Assembly: GCA_037310415.1 (NCBI GenBank)
Contig: CP147780.1
Coordinates: forward strand, 224,001 to 288,000
Reading direction: 5' to 3'
Origin: Candidatus Atabeyarchaeum deiterrae
GTDB lineage: Archaea; Asgardarchaeota; Atabeyarchaeia; Atabeyarchaeales; Atabeyarchaeaceae
DNA: 64,000 nucleotides
Shown here: positions 37,071 through 47,216 of the stretch, piece by piece
Layout of the letters: each line of letters begins with the position of its first letter
How positions within the stretch are numbered: position 1 is the first letter of the stretch
Translations under genes and position numbers: made by a program
Notes under the pieces: model-generated
Seen by the model: the letters and a program-made list of their open reading frames with translations, nothing else
What the model was told of the DNA's origin: nothing
The model's database searches: none

Positions 37071-37358
37071 ATGGAAAGCGTCTACGCCTCGTTGCTCTTG
37101 CACAAAGCTGGTCAGAAGATTTCAGAAGACAAGATTGAGAAGATTCTTCAAGCTGCAGGTGCGAGTGTCGACAAGACACAAATCAAGGCCACTGTTGCAG
37201 CCCTAGAGGGCATTAATATCGCTGATGCGATAAAGACAGCGGCAATCACTGCTGTTGCCGCGCCAGAAGCAGGTGCAACAAAGAAGGAAGATAAGAAGAA
37301 GGAAGACGAGAAGAAAGAAGAGGAAGCTGTCGCTGGTCTCGGAGCACTCTTCGGCTAG
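37071..37358 (+). CDS. rpl12: Ribosomal stalk protein P1 (aL12)
   Basis: [11 protein letters not shown] and [13 protein letters not shown]. Confidence 0.96.
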   Translation: MESVYASLLLHKAGQKISEDKIEKILQAAGASVDKTQIKATVAALEGINIADAIKTAAITAVAAPEAGATKKEDKKKEDEKKEEEAVAGLGALFG

Positions 37359-37404
37359 GATCTGACACCGAAGGTCTATATGGTGAAAGGGCATTGCAGT
37401 TTAA

Positions 37405-37439
37405 CATGGGGATCACTCGTTTGTCTTGATCCCCCCATG
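37405..37439. terminator. Hairpin between convergent rpl12 and alaS
   Basis: CATGGGGATCA (37405-37415) pairs with TGATCCCC(CC)ATG (37427-37439). Confidence 0.35.
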
Positions 37440-37495
37440 CCCTGCGGCAGTCGATTGACGTGTTTTCAGAACTTGCTTCTAGGTTACTGAGCATG

Positions 37496-40171
37496 CTAAA
37501 TCAATTTGAAACCCTTTGCTTCTTTCTTGTCTCCATCGACAACTCTGCAGAATCTACTGAGTTCTAGTCTGATATCCACTTTGTCATTAGCTGAGACACC
37601 ATATGCGAATGTTACAGCTCTGATGATGAGAGCGCGGCGATCCAATTCCTTATTGATCATCTTTGATGCGATCGCAGCAACTACCTTGAGATCATCAATG
37701 GTCGTGTTGACCTTCACTAGGGGCTCAGTTGTAGATGACGCAGCCTTGAGAATCTGCATTGTGACCATTTCGCCTTGGAACTGAAGTAACGTCCTGTTTT
37801 GCTCCTTCCTCTCTTCTAGGCTTTTCTCAATAGTTTTGACAACTGTGTCCAAGGAGGAGCCAGTAAGAGCGCCAAGTGACTTGACCACATCGTCAAGCTT
37901 CTGCATATGTTCGATCGCTGGTTCGCCTGCGACAAAGTTCAATCTGACGACACCATCTTGGATGCGTTCAGTTGATAGAATCTTGATTAATCCCACTTCG
38001 CCAGTCGATGAGGCGTGCGTCCCACCGCATGCTTCCACGTCGAAGTCCTTGATTTCCACAACCCGTATCTTTCTGCCAGGGACGGCACCACCTTGATACA
38101 ATCTAAAGCCATATTCTTTCTCAGCTTGATCTCTGCCCATTATAGTTACTGTGACCGGTCGATTCTCCATAACTACCTTGTTTGCAAGGGATTCAATCTT
38201 CTTCTCTTCTTCAGGTGTGAGTCCTCTGAAATGTGTGATGTCTAGCCTTGATCTCTTTGTGGTTTTCTCTGCCCCAGCCTGCCATATGTGCGGTCCCAGA
38301 ATCTCACGAGCTGAAGCGTTCAATATGTGGGTAGCCGTGTGGTGTCTCATTAACGCATGTCTTCGTTCCAAGTCTATCTTTCCCTTGACGATTGTCCCTT
38401 CCTCAATTTGAGCCTGTTTGCTCAACTCATGAACGATAATGTTGCCACTTTTTGCTACCCCGACGACTTTCACGCCATTTATCGTTCCTGTGTCAAACTC
38501 TTGACCACCAGAAGTTGGATAGAACATTGTCTTGTCCAAAATCACGAACTTACCGTTAATTATCTTAAGAACGCGAGCATTGAACTCAATGCCACGAGGC
38601 TGCTCGTAGTACAACTGTATGGTTTCGGGGATGCCAGTGATCTGCGTGGGCGAAAAAGCAGGAACCTCACGTCGAGGCGTATTCGATTCCTCGGCTTTCG
38701 AGAAGTGTTTCTCTTCCACCATACTGGTGAAATCCTCGGGTATCGAGACTTGGCACCCATAGCCACTAGCGATCTCCTTGACCGTCTGAGGCGTGATGCC
38801 ATGAGAATCATAAAGTTCCACAAGATTGGCCGCGCTAACAACCTTCTTGGATTTGACAAGTCTTTCAACCAATGTTCTGCCTTTTTCGAGACTCTGCTCG
38901 TATCTAGACTTCTCGAGTTTCAGAATCTCAAACAAAGACCCAACATCTCGCAGCTCTGTAAACCATGGCCCGAATTCATCGATGTGCCATTGAACGACGT
39001 CCCCAAACTCAACGTTGAGTTTGTATTCGCTGATCAGACTGAGAGCCCTTCGTAAGATATATCTAAGGTTGTAACCGCCACCAACATTACTGGGCAGCGC
39101 TCCATCGTGAACCGCTACGAGAAGTGAACGGGCGTGCTCAGCCACTGAATATAGGGCTCTAATAGAACTAATCTCCTTCTTCAACGTCTCAACGTCCCAG
39201 CCCGTATACGACGCGGCCGACCGCCACATCAGTTCTGGATCATCTATCTCAGTTACATCGAACCTGCCAGAGAAGAGCGCAAACTTCTGCAGAACATTCA
39301 TGTTAGGTTTGATTCCTGTTTGATGGAACAACTTATCGAGAACCTTGGGAAAAACAACGTCGTAGCTTGTTGGAGTGCCATTACAGATCCATGGATATCT
39401 TTCAAGTCCAGTTCCGTGGTCAATGACTGTTGTGTCCAACGTCCTAGTGCTCCCGTCAGGTAGCTGTTCATATTGCATGAAAACCTGGTTTCCGAGTTCT
39501 AGACCTCGCACGAAATATTCGATGCTTGGACCGAAGTTACCTCCTCCAGCCCAGACATCTTCAACAAAAGTCACTTCTTCGCCAGGGATTCCAAGCCCGC
39601 TTGTCAACCGTTCGTAGTTATAGCGGACGCACTCGTCCTTGAAGTATATGAATTTTCCAGGTTTGTTGAATACGTGCTGACCAACCATTATGAATCCCGT
39701 ATAGTGCCTGCCAGTCAAGCCTACGTTATCAACGTCATTAAATCTCAAAACGAATTGCGGAACTATCAGAGGATTGGCGGGTGGGTCAACTTCACCTGAA
39801 ACTACGTGAGGTTGAAAGTCGTAGATTGACGCCTCAACGAAATAAACGTCATCTCTCCAGCGAGCGACGACGGGATAACGATTTATCGGAGTATGACCAG
39901 ACTTGGTGAAGACTTTGACAAACTCATCCCAACATTCCTTGTAAGATAGTTTCCGATTCGTGGGCGGGGAGCCTATGAAGCGATATCCCCCGACGCAGGA
40001 TGGATCCCCACAAGTCTCAGTATCAGGGTTGATCGTCCAGAAATTATTGCCACATACCCTGCACATCTTTCGAGCAAACCCAAGTTCTTTGAGGGTTTCC
40101 GTCGGATAGAACTTAGTGTAGTCTTTTGAGAACTGCTGTTTCAATTGCTTTTTGAATGACTTTAAACTCAT
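37496..40171 (-). CDS. alaS: Alanyl-tRNA synthetase, archaeal type
   Basis: YPVVARWRDD, SIYDFQP, WAGGGN.GP, the editing motifs HTATH and EACGGTH, and IQDGVVRL. Confidence 0.96.
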   Translation of the reverse strand: MSLKSFKKQLKQQFSKDYTKFYPTETLKELGFARKMCRVCGNNFWTINPDTETCGDPSCVGGYRFIGSPPTNRKLSYKECWDEFVKVFTKSGHTPINRYPVVARWRDDVYFVEASIYDFQPHVVSGEVDPPANPLIVPQFVLRFNDVDNVGLTGRHYTGFIMVGQHVFNKPGKFIYFKDECVRYNYERLTSGLGIPGEEVTFVEDVWAGGGNFGPSIEYFVRGLELGNQVFMQYEQLPDGSTRTLDTTVIDHGTGLERYPWICNGTPTSYDVVFPKVLDKLFHQTGIKPNMNVLQKFALFSGRFDVTEIDDPELMWRSAASYTGWDVETLKKEISSIRALYSVAEHARSLLVAVHDGALPSNVGGGYNLRYILRRALSLISEYKLNVEFGDVVQWHIDEFGPWFTELRDVGSLFEILKLEKSRYEQSLEKGRTLVERLVKSKKVVSAANLVELYDSHGITPQTVKEIASGYGCQVSIPEDFTSMVEEKHFSKAEESNTPRREVPAFSPTQITGIPETIQLYYEQPRGIEFNARVLKIINGKFVILDKTMFYPTSGGQEFDTGTINGVKVVGVAKSGNIIVHELSKQAQIEEGTIVKGKIDLERRHALMRHHTATHILNASAREILGPHIWQAGAEKTTKRSRLDITHFRGLTPEEEKKIESLANKVVMENRPVTVTIMGRDQAEKEYGFRLYQGGAVPGRKIRVVEIKDFDVEACGGTHASSTGEVGLIKILSTERIQDGVVRLNFVAGEPAIEHMQKLDDVVKSLGALTGSSLDTVVKTIEKSLEERKEQNRTLLQFQGEMVTMQILKAASSTTEPLVKVNTTIDDLKVVAAIASKMINKELDRRALIIRAVTFAYGVSANDKVDIRLELSRFCRVVDGDKKEAKGFKLI

Positions 40172-40363
40172 TTTCCAGTCCCCACCTGAACTGGCACAAA
40201 GCTAGTACCGAATCAACTCCAACTTCCTGAACCGGTCATCATAAGACAGCGATAGCTCACGATGTGGAGAGTCTGCCTAGGAATCCTTTTTACACTAAAT
40301 GGCGAAGACGAGTTAATATAGCTTATTAGCAGATTCTGAGGCAGGAAGGAGCAGGTAGAGACC

Positions 40364-41023
40364 ATGCTTATGACTGAGGACTTGACCAAAGCCATTCAGG
40401 ATGTCCGATACTTGCTGTCCCGCGGCTATAATCGTGTCGTGACCATTAGGTTTGTAGCGGATAGCCGCAGAGTCACTTTGAGCGAAAGATATGTACTGAT
40501 TCGCGGTGTCTACGACGAGACCGAGGCTGAAAAGAGAAGAAAAAAACTCGTAAAAACCAGGAGTATAGCTGACCAGATTGTCTCAGTAGATGGGTACAAC
40601 CTCCTAATTACTGTTGAAAGCATGTTAGCTGGCAAACTTCTCATCCAATGTGACGACTCTACTACTAGGGACATCTCAGCAGTTTTTGGAAAACATAAGA
40701 TAACCAAGAGAACGTTTCAAGCCCTTCAGATGATTCTTCAAATCTTCAAAGAGAATAATCCGAAGGAAGTCCGCTTCTACTACGACAAACAAGTGAGCAA
40801 GAGTGGACAACTCGCTTCTGTAACACGCAGAATGCTGGAAGAGGTCGGACTGAAAGGAACTGCGGCAACGGCCCAGAAATCTGACATGGCAACATTGAAA
40901 TCGGGAGGAATAATCGTGAGTAGTGACAGTGTCGTGGTACAGAAAGCCGAAAATGTACTGGATCTCGCAGGCGAGCTGGCAGAGCGTGCATCCTACAAGA
41001 ACATGATTAAGCTACCCCGTTGA
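40364..41023 (+). CDS. DUF434-family protein (PIN-like)
   Basis: D.RYLL.RGY, VDGYNLLITVES, DD...RD, D..VSKSG and SSDS.V. Confidence 0.8.
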   Translation: MLMTEDLTKAIQDVRYLLSRGYNRVVTIRFVADSRRVTLSERYVLIRGVYDETEAEKRRKKLVKTRSIADQIVSVDGYNLLITVESMLAGKLLIQCDDSTTRDISAVFGKHKITKRTFQALQMILQIFKENNPKEVRFYYDKQVSKSGQLASVTRRMLEEVGLKGTAATAQKSDMATLKSGGIIVSSDSVVVQKAENVLDLAGELAERASYKNMIKLPR

Positions 41024-41301
41024 TCGTTCTTGGAAAAAAGATTATACCATATAGAGAGCTATCCCAACCGTTTAATATGCTCGAAGCGCATATAAGACAC
41101 ATAATGTTATGCGCTTGTTCGGTTATCTTCGTAAGAAACCCGAACTGGGGGAAGGCTTGAAAATGTCTCGCAGAAACAAGAAAGGAGAATAGACTAATCG
41201 AAAGAGTATGTCAATTCTCTTGGATAAGCAGAGCCAACTGAAAGTTCTGTATAACCCAATAAAACTGAGTTACCGGTTGACATCAATGTAGGGCGATTGC
41301 A

Positions 41302-41664
41302 ATGACGCTTGATAAATTGGTGAGAAATGATCCTGAGATTGTTGCCGCTTGCGTTATGAAGGATGGTATATCAGTGGTTTCTTGCGCGCCTAATGTTGAT
41401 CCGAATGTTCTACGAGATATTTGTAGATCAATTGAAAAGGTAACTGTTGTCGCAGAAGGAACCGGAAAGGTCCCTCAATTGATGAACTATGGTAAATGGC
41501 AAATATACGTTGCTGTTGTTATGCAAGATCCTCATCTTGTTGGCTGGGTTCTGGTGAAGCGTATCTTATTTAGTAACTCGGAGGAGGATCGCAAGAAGAA
41601 GGTAACCGAGATAAATGCAATTCTCTCTGATCTCGTAGCCGAGATAGCAGTAAAGATCATGTGA
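41302..41664 (+). CDS. Small alpha/beta protein, Roadblock/profilin-like
   Basis: L..L....PEIVAACV..DG..V pattern, helix, three strands and a C-terminal amphipathic helix; 120 aa. Confidence 0.5.
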   Translation: MTLDKLVRNDPEIVAACVMKDGISVVSCAPNVDPNVLRDICRSIEKVTVVAEGTGKVPQLMNYGKWQIYVAVVMQDPHLVGWVLVKRILFSNSEEDRKKKVTEINAILSDLVAEIAVKIM

Positions 41665-41893
41665 TGTGATTTAGGAGCCGACTAAGCTCAGGGTTTATTC
41701 TTGGCAGGCAATAGGACGGTTATGTGACGAGTTATATGCCAAGCTTATCTGTGACAACTCTGATCCCTACGTTATGGTCATAGCAAACGGCCAAAAACAG
41801 CTAGATCGAGATATCTGGACTCTTGGGGTATCAGGTATGACTCTTTCTGTCACTTCTAGCCAAGAAGCACGATCCGCAATTTCCCGTTCTCTA

Positions 41894-42079
41894 TCATGGT
41901 ACCCAGTAGAATTCAGTGTACTTGCAGGTCACACAGATTATGATGTTGAACTCTCGGCCGGTTGCTAACAACGCCCTGCTTTGACCTGCTACCGTCACTA
42001 CTTCCATCTCGGATTTTGATGACTCACATTTGGGACATTTCACGGGCCTGGGCACGCCAAGCTCGCTTATTATCGCCAT
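41894..42079 (-). CDS. Zinc-ribbon protein (DUF2082-like)
   Basis: CPKC...C.TCKYTEFY; probable start ATG 42079. Confidence 0.75.
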   Translation of the reverse strand: MAIISELGVPRPVKCPKCESSKSEMEVVTVAGQSRALLATGREFNIIICVTCKYTEFYWVP

Positions 42080-42214
42080 CTCACTTTCGAAATCCTCTGC
42101 TTCTTTCTCTTCTTTGCCCTTGTGCAAAATGCTGAACCTCCTTTCTCCAGACGAGTTTCACGGCTCCTTCTTCCTCGATCCTCAAGAACATGGAAATCAT
42201 TATATGAAGACAAT

Positions 42215-42451
42215 CTATAGAAATGGCAGCATGGATCTCAAGGCAAATGAGAACACAAAAAGGAAACATGCAATGAGAAGGTAGGTAACCATGTTTGCGC
42301 GAATCAGCGACAGCATGTTCGGCTTGCTTGAGAGGACATCTTTGACCTCCTTCTCAGGAGGACTCCTAGGAACTGGATATGTGGGTTTCCAATCGTCCTC
42401 TACTGGCTCCTCAAACCCGCCGTCAGCTAATACACCCCACAACGCGCCCAC
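42215..42451 (-). CDS. Small C-terminally anchored membrane protein
   Basis: GGGTGA adjacent to the GTG start, acidic/Pro-rich N-terminus and one C-terminal TM helix. Confidence 0.45.
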   Translation of the reverse strand: MGALWGVLADGGFEEPVEDDWKPTYPVPRSPPEKEVKDVLSSKPNMLSLIRANMVTYLLIACFLFVFSFALRSMLPFL

Positions 42452-42759
42452 TCACCCACCAATTGATCAGTCTCGAATCGACTTCAATAAACACTACGGT
42501 AATCTCATACATGTAGGGTAATCGATTACACAAAGCAAAATACTTCTGGCAATGCAACGTCGAGAAACGAGAGGCAATGAGCGCAGTGAATTCGAGCGGA
42601 TAACTGGCAGAGCACCCAGAACTTGGGCTCGCGCTCACTGATGAGGTGTTTGCTAAGACATTCTGTACAATCAACAGTCTTGCTTTGGAGCACCAGCATG
42701 AAAAAAAGATTTTAATAGTGACGTGAGACTACTACTTACCTCGATATCATGTCAAGGGT

Positions 42760-42856
42760 GGGCCCGTGGCCTAGTCAGGATAGGGCGTCAGCCCTCTATG
42801 AACAATAATGCAGGGAAAGCTGATGGTCGTGGGTTCAAATCCCACCGGGCCCGCCA
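42760..42856 (+). tRNA. tRNA-Arg(TCT) with 19-nt canonical intron (42799-42817) and C at position 33
   Basis: Same body as the other two tRNA-Arg genes; TCAGC/GCTGA stem, loop CC-TCT-A|A, GTGGG/CCCAC T-stem and CCA. Confidence 0.85.
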
Positions 42857-42923
42857 TATTCGCTCGTGTGGAAATCAGAGACTTCTACCTTGCTGAGGCA
42901 AAAGACAACAGGGTTTTCGCTCT

Positions 42924-43724
42924 ATGAAGAGAAAAGTCGGTGAAGAAGCGTATAGGATAGTAGAGGTAGACGAAAGTAATATCGATTATTACGGTCTTTT
43001 CTGTCAGAAGTCGAAGAAGAACTCTGAAGGTTATAGAAGCAAGGTCAGATGGGTGAAGGAACGTTTCAAAGAAGGCTTGCGAACAAGACTACTTCTTGTG
43101 AACGAGGGGCCAAAACGTGGTCTCACGTCGAGAGGCTTTATCGAAAACATTCCAGGCGAGTATACATGGCGAGGCATCGACGCGAAGGGGTACATGGTTA
43201 TCCATTGCATTTGGGTAGTGGGTAGAAATAGGGCCCACGGATATGGCACAATGCTGCTTGAGCAGTGTGAGAAGGATGCAAAAGGAATGAGTGGTGTCGC
43301 TGTTGTGACTTCAGACATGCACTGGCTACCAGGCAGGGATCTATTCCTAAAACATGGTTTCGAAACAGTCGACACGATGCCCCCTTACTTTGAACTTCTT
43401 GCAAGACGATTCTCAGATCATGCCTCGCTTCCCAAATTTAGTCATGTCCCAAAGCAGAGGTTCGAGAAATACCAGTCTGGGATAACTATCTTCAAGTCAG
43501 ATCAATGCCCATACACTGCTGATAGTATGAAGGAGATTACAGAATTCGGGAGAGAGCATGATCTTCCTGTACGAATAGCGAATGTAAGGAACTGCAGAGA
43601 AGCGCAGAACGGCATTCATCCATATGGAACATACTGCATTCTACTGAATGGAAAAGTGGTTACGTATCGTCCCATTGGCAAAAACCGAATGAATGAAATC
43701 ATTACCGAAGAAATGAAAGCATGA
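42924..43724 (+). CDS. GNAT acetyltransferase with C-terminal YoaP-like domain
   Basis: GFIE.IPGE, IHCIWV, AHGYGTMLL, F.KHGF and SDQCPY. Confidence 0.85.
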   Translation: MKRKVGEEAYRIVEVDESNIDYYGLFCQKSKKNSEGYRSKVRWVKERFKEGLRTRLLLVNEGPKRGLTSRGFIENIPGEYTWRGIDAKGYMVIHCIWVVGRNRAHGYGTMLLEQCEKDAKGMSGVAVVTSDMHWLPGRDLFLKHGFETVDTMPPYFELLARRFSDHASLPKFSHVPKQRFEKYQSGITIFKSDQCPYTADSMKEITEFGREHDLPVRIANVRNCREAQNGIHPYGTYCILLNGKVVTYRPIGKNRMNEIITEEMKA

Positions 43725-43790
43725 TGACATTCAATTTGACTTGTAGCGTTTAATCTGGCAAACCGAGAGCGTACCCAATAACCGAATCCG

Positions 43791-45533
43791 CTAGATCTCG
43801 ACCATGTTTTTTACTTGGTCGAAAGTTCCTCCATGAAGTAGTTCCTTGAGTTCATCGATGCTGGTTATCGGCCGCTTCCTCATCACGTCGAAAACTTCCT
43901 TCTGAGACATTCTCGGCAATGCTTTGAGCAACCTAGACGAGGCAGTATTCAGATTGAGAGGAAAAGGTATGCCCGTCACTGAACGATAACCGTGACCGAC
44001 AATCGACACGTCCAGCCACATGTTCAGTTGTATGGCATCAGGCACGGTAACGAGAAGAGGGTACGTCCCGACTTGGCGTGCATGAGTCATATTGCCCTCT
44101 CGAATCTCAGTCCTTACACGTCGGACGACAGTCCCGATTGGAACAAGTCTTCTCAGCATAGGAAGGTCAACTTCGCGTCTCATCTTTTCCTTGTATGCCA
44201 AAAATACGCTCTTGTTCTTTCTAACTATCCTGTTACCAATGCTACTCATCTTGGTGTTGGCGAATGGTATTACTTGGCGTATGTTGATTCTTCGGACGAG
44301 AAGACCTCTCTTCAGAACGTCTTTCATGAATTCAAGGTTCAATCTATAGGTTTCTGGAGTCTCGCCCATTAGCCCGTGTAAGAAGTTTATTCCTGGAAGT
44401 AGCTCGGGTAGACCATTGCTTCCTCGTGCAGACCCAACCTTGTTGATTAGTTCGACCGCAGAGAGCGTCTGTTCGGGTTGAGCCTTAAGATTGTTCATTC
44501 TTATGACCAAAGGATCAACACTTTCAACTCCGAAGGCTGCCACATCTCCAGGCGTGTGGTATTGAACTATTATTTTGGCGATTTCTTCACACTCTTTCGG
44601 GTGCCTTGCGATGACACCTGGATTAGCATTGTCTATGTGGAGCGTCTCTATGTCTGGGCATTCAGATCTAATACCCCGGAACAACTTTCTCAGCGCTTCT
44701 GGGTTGGGTTTGGGAAATTCATCCTCGCCAATTCCAGTGGCCATATATGTGAAGATGTCAGGCTGACGACCTATGCGGAAATGCTTAACACCTAGCATGT
44801 TGAGAGTTCGAGCTTCAGCGACGACATCATCTATTGGTCTGAAGTCTGGTAAGCCGTATAATGGCTCTATGCAAAAAGAGCATCCTCCCGTGACAGATCT
44901 AGCGCATCCCCGATAAGTCTCAATTTCACAGATTAGAGTCTCAGGGTAATTTGGGTGTTGTTTGACTATTTCTGCTCCTTTGATAGCATACTGGGCGATC
45001 TCAGCAGCTCCACCGCGCCTTGACGCTCTGTCCACTTTACTCTCAGATAGTTTCTCCTTAACTAATTCAGCTACCACAACTTCGACATCTCCACTGACTA
45101 TCACGTCGAACAGAGATGAAATCATCCTGTCAGGTCGTTCGGCAAGTTCCCCTCCTTCAACTCCACAACCAAATGCAGCGGCCGGTCCACCCAATACCAT
45201 GACAGGCTTACTGATGAGACGCATATAGCGAGCAATCTCTCGAAGATCTGCAGGTGTTCCACCTAGGTACTTTCCGGGAACGGCAACACCAGCTATAACT
45301 ACTAGCAGATCAGAGTCATCAAGCTGAGGCAGAACCTTCGAGGCATTTTGTCTCAGCTGGTCGATCGTGAAATACCTGACCTTGCCCTCTGGATTTCGTT
45401 GGAGTATGGCTCCCGTAACATAACGCGGATAGGGCGACAGGTAAGGAGGAACTCCAAGACAAGCTGGCTCATCAACGTAGCAATCAAGGATTGCTGCTTT
45501 CACAGTCACTGCACCTACAACCAAGAGAATCAT
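43791..45533 (-). CDS. Radical SAM protein with C-terminal TRAM-like and HhH domains
   Basis: DEPACLGVPPY, ETYRGC-x7-CSFC, HFRIGRQ, RRINIRQV and LNLNTAS..LL..LP. Confidence 0.85.
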   Translation of the reverse strand: MILLVVGAVTVKAAILDCYVDEPACLGVPPYLSPYPRYVTGAILQRNPEGKVRYFTIDQLRQNASKVLPQLDDSDLLVVIAGVAVPGKYLGGTPADLREIARYMRLISKPVMVLGGPAAAFGCGVEGGELAERPDRMISSLFDVIVSGDVEVVVAELVKEKLSESKVDRASRRGGAAEIAQYAIKGAEIVKQHPNYPETLICEIETYRGCARSVTGGCSFCIEPLYGLPDFRPIDDVVAEARTLNMLGVKHFRIGRQPDIFTYMATGIGEDEFPKPNPEALRKLFRGIRSECPDIETLHIDNANPGVIARHPKECEEIAKIIVQYHTPGDVAAFGVESVDPLVIRMNNLKAQPEQTLSAVELINKVGSARGSNGLPELLPGINFLHGLMGETPETYRLNLEFMKDVLKRGLLVRRINIRQVIPFANTKMSSIGNRIVRKNKSVFLAYKEKMRREVDLPMLRRLVPIGTVVRRVRTEIREGNMTHARQVGTYPLLVTVPDAIQLNMWLDVSIVGHGYRSVTGIPFPLNLNTASSRLLKALPRMSQKEVFDVMRKRPITSIDELKELLHGGTFDQVKNMVEI

Positions 45534-45573
45534 AGAAGATATTGTTCGGAATAAAGGAAGAAGCGAATATGCC

Positions 45574-45903
45574 TTAATTCTCTTCGATCTTGAATAGTGG
45601 GGAGGTGATTCTTTCGCTTTTGCACTTTGGGCACCTACCTGGGACTTTGGGTTTCTCCAGTTTCTTGAATGTGAAGTTGCATACTCTGCAAGTCGGAGGG
45701 ATCATGATAACATGTTCCTTACCTCTGGACTCTCCATAGACAGTCTTCGCCACGTGATGCAAGTCCTCGTAGACTGATTTCAAGTCTGTCCGCTCACCGA
45801 GTAGTGCTGCTATGTCTTCTGCACTAACAGGGTTCCTGCACTCTCTCAGCAACTGTTTGATTCGTTCTCTTCTACTTGGAAGCACCATGGAAGCCCCAAC
45901 CAT
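45574..45903 (-). CDS. HTH + Zn-ribbon transcriptional regulator
   Basis: RRERI..LL, VYEDL.HVAKT, PP.CRVC.F.F and RCPKCKSE.I. Confidence 0.85.
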   Translation of the reverse strand: MVGASMVLPSRRERIKQLLRECRNPVSAEDIAALLGERTDLKSVYEDLHHVAKTVYGESRGKEHVIMIPPTCRVCNFTFKKLEKPKVPGRCPKCKSERITSPLFKIEEN

Positions 45904-45935
45904 TAAATACCCCGCGGAAGAATAGCAATATGCGT

Positions 45936-46940
45936 CTATTTGAAGTGCTCGTAACCCTTAGGCTCTATTTCTCTGTTCTCTTCCTTTGTCTCAAGAATTA
46001 TCTTACGTTCTTTTGTTACTTGCCCTATTCTGAAGAGGGTTCCTCCCGCCTTGCTGATTGCTTTCTCAGCCTCACTCCATAAGTCACGTTTAACCGTAAC
46101 TACCAACTCATATTCCTCTCCCCCATAGAGCGCCAAGTCTATGGGATTAAGATTGTTCATTCCCGCAAACTTGACCACTTCCGCTGGTATTGGAATATCT
46201 TCAACCTCGAATCCCACTTTGCTTGCTCTTGCCAGCTCATATATTGACCAAGCCAAACCATCTGAGCTGTCTATAGAAGATGAGAGAACCCTTGAAGAAG
46301 CCAGTGCGACACCTTCACTGACCTTGGCTCTAGGCTCGTAGACCGCTTTGATCAAGCGCTCTCTTATTGGCGGCTCAGATTTCATTCCCTGAAGCAGAAG
46401 CTTCAAGCCAGCGCCAGTTAACCCGAACGGACCAGTAACAGCCAACACATCCTCAACCGCAGCGCCACTTCTCTTGACTAGCCTTGACTCGTCGGTCAAC
46501 CCGAATGCCATCCCCGAAACGATCAGGTCCGAAGCCTCGCCCGTATCGCCGCCCATCATACAGGCATTATATTGCCTGCACTCGCTAACAATCCCCTTCA
46601 TTAAGTTGAGAGCCTCTTCCACATCGAAGTCGCGAGGCAATCCCAAAGATGCCAAAAAGCCTGTCGGTTTTACTCCCTTGGCTGCGAGGTCACTGAAGTT
46701 CATCGTGACGACCTTTCTTCCTATCTGTGTGTTTGACATGCCTGGAGGAACATCCGTTGTACCAACCAACATGTCGGCTTTAAGAACAAGCGCTAACCCA
46801 TTACCCAGACTGAAACCAGCAGCATCGTCACCAATGGGCAGGGCTTCCCTCGGACAGGGACTCAGAAGTTTAAGAATCCTCTCGACTACTTCCCGCTCTC
46901 CCACGTCACTCAAAGACAGACGGCGCAAATCGATATTCAA
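45936..46940 (-). CDS. thiL: Thiamine-monophosphate kinase
   Basis: IGDDAA, NFSDLAAKG, GGDT, DSSDGL and GGEEYEL. Confidence 0.94.
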   Translation of the reverse strand: MNIDLRRLSLSDVGEREVVERILKLLSPCPREALPIGDDAAGFSLGNGLALVLKADMLVGTTDVPPGMSNTQIGRKVVTMNFSDLAAKGVKPTGFLASLGLPRDFDVEEALNLMKGIVSECRQYNACMMGGDTGEASDLIVSGMAFGLTDESRLVKRSGAAVEDVLAVTGPFGLTGAGLKLLLQGMKSEPPIRERLIKAVYEPRAKVSEGVALASSRVLSSSIDSSDGLAWSIYELARASKVGFEVEDIPIPAEVVKFAGMNNLNPIDLALYGGEEYELVVTVKRDLWSEAEKAISKAGGTLFRIGQVTKERKIILETKEENREIEPKGYEHFK

Positions 46941-47216
46941 TTCCCTCTACACCACATTAAGACATTGATCTGCTCATACTATATATTAGTAGATAAGAGA
47001 ATTGACGCAGAGCACCATGACTATTCACACTCACGCGCAAGCTAGAAATAGCCAAGACTGACCAAAAAAGGAGGACTATGACCGGTGCAAAAGATTAGAA
47101 GCTTGTTGATTCAGACTTACTTGAGCCGGAGAACAAATGTGGGGGGAGAAGGGTAAAAGAGATATATACGTGAACGATCATCAGGAAAAACCAAGAAAAA
47201 CAGGATCTGAAGACGT

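Noticed and set aside
37389-37445. Hairpin as a possible SECIS element
   Set aside because: No in-frame TGA at a conserved Cys position was seen in neighbouring genes; a terminator-like role is simpler.
42793-42798. Amber suppressor or tRNA-Pyl reading (CT-CTA)
   Set aside because: The body is tRNA-Arg, the stem register gives TCT, no pyl genes are present, and TAG ends many conserved genes here at their expected positions.
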